NCBI GenBank assembly: GCA_010356995.1
Contig: ML996697.1
Location: 306,153 to 370,152, forward strand
DNA: 64,000 nt
Reading direction: 5' to 3'
From: Trichodelitschia bisporula
Taxonomy: Eukaryota
Shown one piece after another: positions 10,739-23,155 of this stretch. Made by a program: the position numbers and the translations under genes. Each line of letters begins with the position of its first letter. The stretch's first letter is position 1. The notes under the pieces were generated by a model. The model saw only the letters and a list, made by a program, of their open reading frames with translations, was not told the origin of the DNA and ran no database searches.

Positions 10739-13533
10739 CTCTGGCGTGGAGATGGTGCAGGAACAATTTTTCGTGATCGCCAGGTCAGGTGATGGGGTTG
10801 GTTGCAGCGCCACGGGCTGGCGTGGCTGAGCCGGTGGCCCGCGGCAGGGCCGGAGTATGGCCGGGGCTACGGTGGATCTAGACCCCGCCCGTTGCCTCAA
10901 GCCTCAAGCTTGGCATAAACATCATTGCTTCAACGGGGCGAGAACGCTCTGCTTGCGCTTACGGTACATGCGGTGCGCGCATATAGCAGCCACTAGATTC
11001 ATTTCCTCATTTCCGCGTCATTCGGAGTACTAAAGGAGGGCGCTGAGCTCGGGCCTTGAGCCCTTCTGATCACTGTCCGCATGCTGCACATGTACGCGAT
11101 AGCCCCGCGCTTCCACCTGCCTTCCTGCGGCAATCGTACTGTGCAGCAGGCAAACGCCTCTATGCCGCGTGTACGCTCTTGATAAGGCCTTACTCGTACG
11201 AGATGTGCGGGTTTGGGCTTAGGCTGCCTGTGGGCGGGCATTGGAGCGGTCTGGACCGGGGGCGTAGAAGGGACGGAGGCCTGGACCACTCTAGGGGTTT
11301 GCGGGTTGGAAGGGGCGCTAATAGAACGGCGACACAGTGTGCATATAGTAGACGGGTCTGGAGAGGAAGAGTGTGGCTATGGCGAGAATGTGGTGGTCTG
11401 GATTGAGGGTGTTCTCGACCGTTGTAATGGTTGCCTACCAGTGATTCGGGCAGGGATGGAAGAACGAGATGTTCGTCAGGCGTCGGTACGTTATCCCACT
11501 GGCCGTATGTCCCGTGCTGGGAACGGACGACCAGAAATGGTGATGCTGTGTGCCATTGGCGACGATGGGGCTCGTCTGATCTAAGACCCGGTCAGCTGTT
11601 CCGTCTGCTGGAGCAACGAATGTTTGATACCATCGCTCCATCCTCTGCCAGTACGGTAAACGGCAAAAACAACCCCGCGCAAAAAAACCTTAAAACCACC
11701 TCTCAATGATTCGAGATCAGGCTTCCGCCATGCCCCGAACCCTACCCCTAACCATCCAGACCCCGTCGTACGCACCACCCGGCGTACCGCAACGCCGCGA
11801 CCCTGCATCTTCCCCACCTCTGCACAACGCAGCGCACAAACGCAGCAACGCACAATAGTGCGTTACGAAACACGCAACGCGAACACGCGCACTCCTACTA
11901 AACACTCCCGTCGCACCCAGGTAGGCCACGCAAACCGCGCAAACTCAGCCCTCGTCAGCACGACTGCGCCGCCTGCCAAGCCACTCGCGCCGGCTCGTCG
12001 CGGGAAGACTAGAAGGCGGAGAAGCTTCGATGCAGGGCGTTGGGGTTGGAGGCAGGGGAGTCTGGAACGGGGAGAGGGGGGATGGGGAATAGAGAATGGG
12101 GCTACGTAGGCGTTCTTACGGCGCTGCTGAGGGTGAGGGTGACCGAGGTTGGGGTGGGGATGGTTAGTGCGCGGATGCTGTGCGCGAGATGGCGAGTCGC
12201 AAGGCTGCCGGAGTGTTTTCGGCTTGCCCGGGCGGCGCAGTTACGGACGAATACTCATCTGTCGGAGGGCGAGATGGGTGCCGCAAGCAGGCGCGTGTGT
12301 GGAGCGAGGCGTGCTAGCTGTGAGATGAATGCGTGGCCGTAGGCATTTGATTGCTCCGAGGTGGGGAGGGGCAATAGGGCGCAAGGCAGAGGGTAAGGTG
12401 GAGCAAGGAAGATGCGAGAGGAGCGTGGAATTGGAGAAGGATAGGGAAGGGAGGCGGAGAAAGGATACCAGAGTACCGGAACGCCGAGCCGGTGCACCAG
12501 CAGGACGAAACGGAGACATTCTTTGTTGTTCGCTCCGGGCCTTTCTTGTCGTCTATTTCTCTACCTCTTGGCTACACCCGTTTTGGATGCTAGGCGAGAG
12601 CGCAGAGATGGAGCGCAGACGGAGATAGGTTTGCTTTACGTTTGTTCCTGGCCCGCCGGATACTGTAGACAGGTTTACGGTATGGGGAACGAAGGCAGCA
12701 GAAAGCAGCTGTTGTCATTCGATTACTTTTCCCCATCTCGTCCCAACGGCTTGTCACTTTGACTCTTCATCCCTCTACGGATGTACCGTAGACAGATAAA
12801 AACGCATCATCGCCCGTTGTGGCCTTTTCTCCGTTGCGCATTTCTTTCCCTCCCGTCTTCTTTACTTGGTTGGCTTTGCTGCCAACAAAAAGGTGTCCGC
12901 TGATCCTGTTCCCCCTATCAAACCCGTTGCCCACTCATACGAGCATTCTCTTGGTCCTCTTCCCCCATCACGCTCTGGCCTCTCACACTCTGGCCTCTCT
13001 CGTCTCTAGAATTTCTAGGCTTCTCCCCCCTCAGGCTATTCCCCCTCCCACTCTGGACTTTCACCCCTCCCTTTCTCGGCTCCTTTACCCCTCCCATCCC
13101 TTTCCGTCCCAAGGAACCATCATCGGGCCAGCCTTATGCAATCGCAAATTTGGCCTCGCTACCTCCGTACTATAATCCGCCATCCCACTCACACAATAGC
13201 CCAGCCCTCGGGCTCTTGGACTTTGACATAAAATAACGGCACGGCAACAACGGCAATCCGCTCTAAAAACCCAAGAAGACCGACCAGAACGAACCAGACG
13301 AATCCCGATCATCTCTGCACGCAGTTCCGTTGCAAAACTCTCCTCTATTTTACCCCCCGACTTTCCATCACCTTCACTCTTCTCTCCGATTATCCTCAGA
13401 TCTAAAACCGGGTCATCCACCCATCTCTCTCCTCCCAACCCCAACCCCAGCACCTACTTCCATCATCATCACACACCCCCAACCCCAACCCCGGCACCTA
13501 CTTCCTTCATCATCATCACACACCCCCAGTCCC

Positions 13534-14085
13534 ATGCAGGCCTCCACCCCAACACCAGCCTGGTGCTACTTCTCATATATACCCCACCCACACCCACATC
13601 AACTTGACCCTCACAACCCACCATCCCCAGACTTCCGCAACATAACCCCGGACCCAGAAAACCATCTCCTCGCCGCCCGTCCCACATCCAACCACACCTT
13701 CCACACCTTCCACACCCCATCAACGCCTCTCGAGATGGACGCCTCCAAGCTCCTCCAACTCCAAACCAGCGCCGCCTACGCGCGCAACGGCAGCACCTCC
13801 AGCGCCAGCTCCAGCACCTCCAGCAGCAGCAGCACCCACTCCTCCTCCGCCTCACGACCCTCCCTCGCCGTCCACCCCGCCACCTCCAGCACCAACTCCT
13901 CCTCCTCCTCCGAATCCAACTCCTACAGCGCCTACGGCTACGCCCAGTCGCCCTACATCCAACCCCCCCGCTGCATGCGCTGCCAATCTGCCGCCTCCTT
14001 CGGCAGCCAACGCATGATCTGCGTCGCCGTGAACCTGTACTACTGCGCGCGCTGCGCCGACCTCGTCGGCTACAACGCCGGCTGA
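13534..14085 (+). CDS. Small Ser/Pro-rich protein with C-terminal CxxC...CxxC zinc-finger-like motif (alternative start 13735)
   Basis: Strong C-ending codon bias; ends PRCMRCQ...LYYCARCADLVGYNAG. Confidence 0.7.
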   Translation: MQASTPTPAWCYFSYIPHPHPHQLDPHNPPSPDFRNITPDPENHLLAARPTSNHTFHTFHTPSTPLEMDASKLLQLQTSAAYARNGSTSSASSSTSSSSSTHSSSASRPSLAVHPATSSTNSSSSSESNSYSAYGYAQSPYIQPPRCMRCQSAASFGSQRMICVAVNLYYCARCADLVGYNAG

Positions 14086-15877
14086 GCCGCCTACCGCCGT
14101 GCGCGCGCAGCCGCGCGCGCTTGATGCTTCTTTGGTCTAATGGGAGCGATGCTACCTTATAGCTGCTCAACGGTCTCTGGCGTATGCCGGTTTGGATTCC
14201 AACAACGCTCACACGGTCCCCGGATTTGCAGTGATCCCCGCAGCATGCTAAGGGGATCTCGATTAGGCCCGGTGCGCGCAGGTGGGGCGGGGCGATGATG
14301 TCTCGCCCCTGCGCACCCGGGTGCGGCGGATGGGACTGGAGCCAGGCGTCCCGCGCATGGCTGCGGGATACGAGCCGAAGTGACGGAAGTCACGGAGCAG
14401 CGGCACCTGGATTGGGAAAGCGCGAATGGATGAGAGTTACGAGGGATGGGAGTTACGGATGCTTAGGAAGGCTGAGCGTGTGTATAGAGGCGATGAATTG
14501 TGGTTTGAGAGACGCGTCGGACGAGGCGTTGGCTGTCGCACGTTTTGCGAACAGAGGGATCGACGGTTGAGCGGCGGGCTTGCATAGCAATAGTAAAATG
14601 CAACGAACCTGCACACACACTGGCGCACACAAAAAACACATGAACACGTACCTCCGTACACACTCTGCCTACATGCCAAAAGTGCTAGTTCGATAAAAGA
14701 ACCCCATGCACGCCTGCCCAAACGGCCCCGAGACCCCTCACCTCCTGCGGCACGGCAGCGCAAAAAAACCCACTTCCCACTTCCGCACCATGAACAATTC
14801 CATGCCGCCCCCACCAACGTCGTAGCGGGAAAACAGCCACGCACACTCACTGCACCGGCCCCTCTTACCTCAAACCCAATATTGATAACTGCACTCTCCC
14901 ATTCCCAATCCTTCGCGCATCCGAACTATCCCGACTGAGCCGTTGCGCTGGGCTGGCCCTCGTCACCTGGTAAGTTCACTGCCGTCGCCAACAGCGCTAC
15001 GCTGCAAAACCGCGAATCTGGAGTGATCGTCGCTGTCCCCTTGATGGGTTAGTATTGATCGGCAGAGCGACAGGATTGGCGGGAGAAGCACCGGTGCCGG
15101 TTCCCAAGTCACAGGCCTCCAATAGGGACAGCCCAAACTCTCACTCTTTCAAGCACTGCGGGGCTATGACCAAGTGAGGCGGGAACGCTTACGACTCTCA
15201 ACGGCTGTGAGGGTCTCGCGACGTTTTTTTCGAGGGGCTATGCTGAAGACTCACACTTCCCGAACGCTTGCACGCTCTGCTTCGGGCCTGCCCTCGGCGC
15301 ACCAATTGCATGTGCCTCGGACCCCACCTGCAGGGCGCAGACCGTAGGTCGGGCCCGGTCGGGCCGGTGACGTCATCGGTCGCAGGCTTGCGAGCAAAAC
15401 ACCAGCGTCATGTCGGGATTGCAACTCAACAGAGCCCACACCTGCCGCAATCCTTTTTGCTGATACCTTCCCTTGGCAATAGCGTTTCACTGAGAGCTGG
15501 TGCGGGGCTGTTCTGGTGATGCGACGTCCGCATTGCGCCGAGATCGGCGCTGGAGACGGTGACGAGCGGGGTTGGCGCGGCTACCAGCAGCATCGCGATC
15601 GCGATCGAGCGATAGGTGCGCGGTCGGGGTTTATTTTGTACGCGCGCGCGGGGCCGTGGCGACGGGCATCGCTCCGCTGACTACACGTCAAACGTTCAAA
15701 GGCCAACACCTGATTCCACCCTTTAAAGAGAAGAGGCGATCCCGCTGATTGCCCACGGGTTTGGCTTGAAGGTGCTGCCAATATGGATTTCTGGAAGGGG
15801 AGGGCCATGGCGAGGGGATTTGGGTGGTTTTGCCTGGGTTGGGGAGCGGTGGGAGGGGCAGGGTTAGTGCGATCAGG

Positions 15878-15921
15878 GTTTTGCTGCGAGCGATCGGGGT
15901 TTTGCTGCGAGCGATCGGGGT
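15878..15921. repeat. 21-bp tandem repeat (GTTTTGCTGCGAGCGATCGGG x2, plus a degenerate flank)
   Basis: Read directly from the sequence. Confidence 0.8.
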
Positions 15922-17737
15922 TGGTGAGCGCGGGTTGGTGAACGGGCGGCTGGGCTGGCGGCGGCGGCTCTGGCTTGTGGGTGATCTGCGGAGAGGGGGG
16001 TTTGCTGTCATGGGGCCTTGGCATGGGATTTTGCGCTTTCGTCGATGATGGGGAAAGGTGCGATCGCGATGCGCTTTGCGCCATGGCATAGTGACTAGCC
16101 TGGTAGTGACTAGCCTGGGCTAGTGCGCTGCTGACGAGGAGGGGTACCGTGTTTTGCTGCGGTGCTAGTACGGTACTTTGAAGGGGGAGGGGATCACCGC
16201 TGTTTTTCTGAGGGCTGTGGGAAGCGCGATTTATTGTTGAGAATGCGCACCTGTCTCTAGAGGTTTGGGATTTAGATATGGAGACGACTGCTGAGTTGAG
16301 GAGTGTTTTGTGTTGGAGGCAAGAGCGCTGGGATGTCGGGAATGCAGACACGGCAGAGAAGGAGGTTCAAATCTCGGATCACCGTCTTTTGGGCTTGGTT
16401 CATCGTACCCGGCGTATGTACGTATGATGTGTGATGTGATGAAGAGCAAGAGCATTAATCTTCATAGTCAATCTTCTCCCTCAGTCGTTGTACTTCATCG
16501 TGTCCACATTGCAACAAGTTGTGATGTCCCGGATGAAGATCGGCCCGTATTGCGGCCTGAGGCTGCCGTTGACCCAAGGGCCATCCAAAAAAGTTATGGA
16601 CACTCTATCTGAGCGTCTCTGCGGATGAGGGCGACCATCAGCTTTTCGGGTGGCCTCGATCCCATTCGGGTCGAGTTACAGTAGGACAGTGACTGGCTCG
16701 CTGAACCGAAGAATTAGGCAATCTTCTTACTGAGAAGTTGGCGCTTCATAAGCACTGATGAGGATTGGATCACCCCAAGAGCAAATTCATCTTCTCTACG
16801 GATGTACTTTCCAGACAAGTATCGCGTTCCGTGTATTTTTCACTGCTACGAGGGTAAGATAAGCTTGGGGCAGAAGTCTAGTCGGCATGCTCGGGTACCA
16901 AGTACTATGGATGGGCTTTGTTATCTGAAGCTCCTCTTAATGTCTTTGTGCACCTCCGTTTTTGTCAACGCCCGTGGCATCCTTTGTTTTCTTTTGGAGT
17001 GTAGGAGGCGAAGGACCGCTGACGATGTTAGGGCTCATGAGAAACTGACGAGAAATCGAGGTATCCTTCACTAATGACTGATGGATAGCTCGAGGTTCAA
17101 TATCGTCACGGCCATGGATTCTGCACCAGTCGAATACCACCTTTCTGAAATATCCGCAGCGCGATGTATTCACCCTCAGGGAAACATAAGGCTGCTAGCA
17201 TGGTTGAGAAGATGTCTGCCGCAGCACCGCCAACCCGATGGCTACTTCACTGGCCCCTCTGGATCCTCGCTCTGGGAAACGACATCTCCTTTGACTGAAG
17301 TCACGAATTATCATCGCTCCAAGGGTTATTGTACGAGATCCAAAGGCGGTCGCACCGAAGTACTGGTTCCAAATGTCTCGAAGGGCGGCCCGGAGCAATG
17401 GTGGTAAGGGTTCGGGAGATTCATGGACAGGTCATACATCAAATTGGCCTAACTCACTCCGGACTCCGCTGTCAGGAAGCAAAACCATTCTCAACAACGC
17501 CGGAAAGGTGTCAAGCGCACAAAGCATCACGGATATCACGAGTCGGCATAGGAAAGAAGTTATCAGAATGGGGACTAGTCCGAGGCCATAGTTCCACTTT
17601 AGTTATATTATTTGTCTACCCAAACCGTTTGTCGCTCCCATGGAGCTTCTATTGCACATCTCCCCGGTCACTGCCTTGCTCAGTTAATGTCGATAGCGGC
17701 GACGAGAGCTAGCATAGTCATGTCTATAACTGTGTGC

Positions 17738-17947
17738 TTAGTCGGAGTCGGATGAGGAGGCGGTTGAGGAGGCGGTTGAGGATGGAGGCGAGGGATACAG
17801 GCACCCGTAGTTGCCCAGTAAGTTGACTACATCGGACTGGTAATCCGGACAGTACTGATATTGGCCGGTAGAACAGACATACTGCCATCCGGTGCCAGGT
17901 GCTTCGTGACCGCACTCGCTCCATATGACCCGTATGAACTCACACAT
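17738..17947 (-). CDS. Small Cys-rich protein (MC-x9-CGH type), 69 aa
   Basis: CAAAATG start context, TATAAAT on - at ~18091-18097, MCEFIRVIWSECGH...C...CP...GC. Confidence 0.6.
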   Translation of the reverse strand: MCEFIRVIWSECGHEAPGTGWQYVCSTGQYQYCPDYQSDVVNLLGNYGCLYPSPPSSTASSTASSSDSD

Positions 17948-18182
17948 TTTGGCGGTTGTTTATTGTGACGTTCTTTCTCTCTAAAGCGCAAGATATTAGG
18001 AGGAGCTTGGAGTGGCTGCCTTGTGGTGCAATCGTTCGCTCGTCTTGGCCTACCGTCTTGGTGGTGATCTAAGATGGGGAAATCCGGGACATTTATACGG
18101 AATATCTGAGGGTCAATGATCTAAATATATCAAGTTGTGATAACGTAGTGTGAGTGGTCGCGAGTGAGTTGTGAGTGTGCTT

Positions 18183-18262
18183 AGGAGAGTAGTGAGGGTG
18201 CTCAGGAGAGTAGTGAGGGTGCTCAGGAGAGTAGTGAGGGTGCTCAGGAGAGTAGTGAGGGT
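18183..18262. repeat. 21-bp minisatellite (AGGAGAGTAGTGAGGGTGCTC, ~3.8 copies)
   Basis: Read directly from the sequence. Confidence 0.9.
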
Positions 18263-18858
18263 ATATCAGAGGAGCAGCAGTTAGTGAACGACAAGTACAA
18301 AGGTCTAAGTGCTCCTCCTGAGCCATCTTGACGGACAGCATCCTCTCTAACATAGTTCCCTACACTTGAAGCAATCTGCGACCCCCCATCATTGTATCAG
18401 ATTAATGTTTCCGCCATGAGATGGAAGAAGTCGGCTCAAAGGAGGGGGAGGATCAGGCTCGGTCACATGATATGAAGGCCAACCACCTCGGAGACGCCGT
18501 GCCCCGATCCTAGCACTTCGAAGGAGGCGCAGCTTGCTGAATACATTGATCGTGCAGATTCAGTGCATTTGGGTCGTCCCAATGCTGGCATTTCAATGAG
18601 GTGCAACCGGCAGAATCCGGGATTCTGCAGGCCAACTGCCTTTGGTAGGCCATCGAGGCTCGGCTGGCTGAATACATGCTACCACAGAAGTCAATTGACA
18701 ATTGACGGGACGGCTCCACGTGTCGCGTACCCCGCGCGCAGCCTGATCCAGATAACAGAGAGCCATTTATCTCCAGTTGCACTACTAAAACGACGTTCGG
18801 CCATTCGAAGATATCCCTCTGCAAAACTGTCACCATTCACTGTCCGCCGCTTTCAAAA

Positions 18859-20337
18859 ATGTGGTTCATTGACGTCCATACCTACAAGCTTGTAGACAAA
18901 ATCTGGAGTTACGAACTGTGGAGGAAATACGCAATCTTGTCACCCACATGGGGCGAAAATCGAGATCACCTTCCACAGCATACGCAACCGCTAACTTGAA
19001 GACCTTCAATGCGAAAGAGGCTTCGCGAAAATGCGCTTTACATGCGAGCAAGCCAAGCAGGACGGAAACAAACTCGCATGGATTGACACCTGCTGCATCG
19101 ACAAATCGTCATCGGCCGAGCTGTCCGAAGCCATCAATTCCATGTACCAGTGGTAGCGAATGTCCAGGGTGTGCTATGTCTTCCTCAATGACGTCTCAAT
19201 CGGCGACTGCAAGATCCCTGGCTCTCCGCCGGCTCAGGACGTGCAGTTCTCACTCGACAACGAGGCCTTCCGTACCTGCCGGTGACTAATACGCGGCTGT
19301 ACGCTGCAGGAGCTGATCGCGCCAAGTGAAGTTCGGTTCTTCAGCCAGGAGGGCGACTTCATCGCCTCTAAAAGGGACTCACTGCCCATCCTCTCCTCCG
19401 TGACCGACATCAGATCCGCCGTACTCGCCCACCCTTGAATATCACGTCGTGCAGTGTAGCCTAGCGCATGTCTTGGGCCGCACGGCGCAAGTGCTCACGC
19501 GATGAGGACATTGCCTACAGCCTGCTCGGGCTATTCGACATCCACATGCCGCTGATATACGGTGAAGGAGTGAAGGCCTTCCAGCGCCTGCAAGAACAAA
19601 TTTTCAAGTCCATTGACGATCACTCGCTACTTGCATGGACATGGGCGGACGAACGCAGTTGGTTTCTACCCTGGCAGAATACCCGTTATCCGTTCGCCTT
19701 GTCCCCGAGCTATTTTGCCAAATCCACGCGCGTATATCCGTACAGCGCAAATTCCAAGGATCAGCCAATGTTTTCGCGACGTGGAATCCACATCCGTCTA
19801 CATATCGTGCCGGCTGTGGGTACATTGTTTATTGGGATCCTGAACTGTTTCATGTTGTGTGAATATTGCTACGATCAGTACGCGCCTGATACTTGCAGAC
19901 TTTCACCACATGTGCCCAGGGAGTGCGAGTGCTCGTCAAAGCTGATTGGGATTCCACTTGCGGAAGAGAGCAACATCACCGACACGAAAGAGCCATTGTC
20001 TTACACTAGCTCAGCGAAGGCGATGGAGCGCACGTTCTATCGGCTGGCCAATCCGTACCATTTTCTCATCTCGCCCAAGCTTGGCTTGTTTAGGCCAGGG
20101 GAGGGAATGGCGAGTGTACTTTTGAGACCCTCGGATGGCCCGATCGAGCTCGTAGGTCATGACTTTGGGTACAGAAACTTTGGTATCGAGGGGGAAAAAC
20201 TTCATTCTCGTGGTGATATAAAGAAAGATATTGAAACTCGCGATTTGGGGGAGGAGGAAGGCTTTCATTTTCGTCACCCCGATCTCCACGCTTATAAGAA
20301 AACTCGCTCTGTCCTCCAACGGGACGATAAACCATGA
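18859..20337 (+). pseudogene. HET-domain (heterokaryon incompatibility, PF06985-type) pseudogene
   Basis: YAILSPTWG, WIDTCCIDKSSSAELSEAINSMYQW, TLQELIAP, RMSWAARR..REDIAYSLLGLF-type motif; stops at 18992, 19154, 19283, 19462 and frameshifts at ~18961 and ~19435. Confidence 0.9.
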
Positions 20338-21418
20338 GAAGAACGTGTGGGACGAACCTAACAGCATCGGAATTAAATATCGCCTGCGCCGGATGCTTAA
20401 GGGTTGACAAGTAATTTAGACCAGCACCCAAATCGAACCCCATCCACCCGTTCCACTTACCGTGACTCCCATACTCCATCCCCCCCAAACCGAAGCCAAC
20501 ATCCTCCAAACCAAAAACCCGCGCGTTTCCGCCACTACTCGCAGGTCGCCTCGAGCCCCGGAGCCGCACGCGCGTCCCGTCGATCGCCCGGCACGGCCCG
20601 CGATCGACGGCCGGCGCGCGGACCAGCGGAGCGGGACGGCGCGCGCGTCACACGCCGCAAGCACGGCCGCAGACGCAGTACGGTAGCTATGCACAAGCCG
20701 GTCTCGCATAACCATCCATAAACACGGGCAGACAACTATCCGCGCGCAGCGGGCAGTAAGCAACAGGCCCACGTACACATCATCACCCAAGCAGCACATC
20801 ATCAAACCACACCGTCAACCACACTATCATTACCCCAGCACACCCACTATCTCCCCACCCACATGCAGCCATGCCGCCGAACCCCCTCCCCCAAACGCCC
20901 TGCAGGCCATCTGCCAAAAGCCATGTGCATCCATTGTTGCCTCGTGCGCGACGGCGATGCGCCGCCGCGCGCGTATAAGCGAAAGATAGCGCTACTCGCT
21001 CCTTCCCCGCCAGGGAAGTGGCGGTGCATTCAGGGTCTCTCCTGGGCCGTACTCAAAACACCATGGGCCGAGCGGCCCTCCTCACGGAAAGCAAGCACGA
21101 ACGCCCCCACCGGCCTGTCCGTTTGGACCTGACGACCGCCTGCCCAACCCGCCCATCTCCACCATGACTTGGCCCGGTGTGTCTGAAACCGGGACACGCC
21201 CCAACTCCGCCGAGTTCCCCCATCCTCAAAAGCATAAATGTACCGGCCATGAAGGCCCGTGGTCTCCCCATCCTGTGACCAAGAAAGCAAAATATGTCCG
21301 ACCGAAAAACTCCAACCGACACCGGAGTCGTGACTGCGTAAATCAAAGTCCAAAAAGGTGTATATGTTCACCGCCGTCCTGTATCCTTCCTCCACTTCTC
21401 CTCCAGAGCTTCCCCTCC

Positions 21419-23155
21419 TTAAGCTAACCTCCTTCTCCTTCCGCCTCTTCCCCCCTCAGGCCTCTGACTCAACACCTCCCTCAACTGTGGATCATCCTTA
21501 GTTTTCTCAGTATGATGCACCCTGACATGTCTCTGCAAATTATCCGGCCGCGGATACCGATGTTCCCGATCCGGACAAAACGGACACACATATCCAGGCG
21601 AATCATGCACAAGCCCATGCCTTATCATCTCATTCTTGCGCTTGAACCCGCGCCCACCTTCGCCGCGCGGACATCCAGGCTGCGGACAATAATGCGGGCG
21701 AATCTGGCTATGCACATTGGCATGTGAACTATCCCATTAGCAACCCCCCCAAAAAAAACCATCAGCGGAAGAACAACTCACTTCAAAAGATACTGCGTCT
21801 GGAACGGCGCCGCCGTGCACCCAGCATGCTCGCACTTGAACCCCCCGCCATGGCCCGACACATGCTGCACCACCTCAATCTCCTCCCGCACGCTATGCGT
21901 AATCCCCAACCCCGGCGGACTCGCCCCGAGCCGGTCCCGCTCGCGCCCCTCCCCATCCACCGTCATCCGCCGCACCCCCGCCGACACCCCCGCCACGCTG
22001 CTACTCGTGTCGCTCGGCGTCGGCTGGCTGCCCTGCGTCGCGGGCGAGCACGCATCGGTCATGCAGCCGTGGTCCGAGAGCGCGGGCCCGACGGCGCTGT
22101 GCATATGCGCGCCGTAGGGCTCCGAGGGCACGGAGGCTCGGCGGTGGAAAAAACGGTCCGTCAGGGCGACGGGCGAGGTTGCGTCCAGGACGGGGGATTG
22201 CGCGGGGTGCGGTAGGGGTCCGCACGAGGAGCCGGTGAAGAAGGGCGGGGAGCCGGCGCCGCTGACGGAGGAGATGGATTGGCGGTGGCGCTGCTGCTGG
22301 TGCTCGGCGTCTTGCTTGGCGGCGTCGGCGAGGCCGGCTACTTGGCGGAAGGAGGGGAGTTTGGGGGGGGAGCCGGCTTCGGTGGGGGGCGAGGCGGGGT
22401 TGTGCAGGGCGGGGNNNNNNNNNNNNNNNNNNNNNNNNNNNNNNNNNNNNNNNNNNNNNNNNNNNNNNNNNNNNNNNNNNNNNNNNNNNNNNNNNNNNNN
22501 NNNNNNNNNNNNNNGGGCGGTGGGCGAGGGTGTCGAGGTTGCGGTAGTGATCGTGGGAGGAGATTGTTGCTGAGCGGCGGGGGGCGGAGGGGTCGATGGA
22601 GTGGTGGTCGGGGGAGGGGTGTGTTACGGAGCGGCGCGGGGGGGAGGGGTCGGTGAGGTGCGGGGAGAGTTCGAGGGCCTTCTGCGCCATTTCGGTGTAG
22701 TGGTTCATGTCGGCGAAGTCGCGCTTGCCGAGATCAGGGGCTTGGAGTCCGAGGGCGCGGGCCGTGGCGGCTTCTTCGGCTTGCTTGGCGGCTGCTTGGA
22801 TTTGCTTAGCTACCTTTTCGTCCAGGTCTAAGTCCATGTCATCGTCGTCCGTCACTTCGTCTTCGTCTTCGTCTTCGGAATCCACGTTGATTGATTCTAC
22901 GGCGGCTTGTGCTGCCACGTCAGGTTGATCTGGGGCCATTTGACGGAGCAGAACACTATCACCTAAACTCGGCATGAACTTACTCCTACGGCTTTTACGT
23001 CTGCGGGCGCGCGGCGGGCTCTTCGTCATGGGCGGTAGACCAAGCGGCGGAGGCGATGGCGACGGCGTCCCTCGCACCTTCACCGCTTGGAGCTGTGGCG
23101 AGGAGTTGAAGGGATAGTCGTTGGGGTAGTACTGATTATCGATCGGCTGTGACAT
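21419..23155 (-). CDS. C2H2 zinc-finger transcription factor (3 C-terminal fingers); intron 21729-21781; interrupted by assembly gap
   Basis: FKCEHAGC...H, HYCPQPGC...RHGLVH, YVCPFC...RHVRVHH; Pro/acidic N-terminus from ATG 23155. Confidence 0.88.
22415..22514. other. Assembly gap (100 N)
   Basis: Run of n within G-rich coding sequence. Confidence 1.

Noticed and set aside
15581..16351. 256-aa Pro-rich ORF
   Set aside because: Low complexity and repeat-derived, no recognisable motif; coding status cannot be supported
16400..17700. Possible degenerate gene or transposon remnant
   Set aside because: No recognisable domain, TIR or LTR
18093..18353. ORF with HYSPEHP heptads resembling the Pol II CTD
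   Set aside because: By-product of the 21-bp minisatellite; non-ATG start; lies in a promoter position
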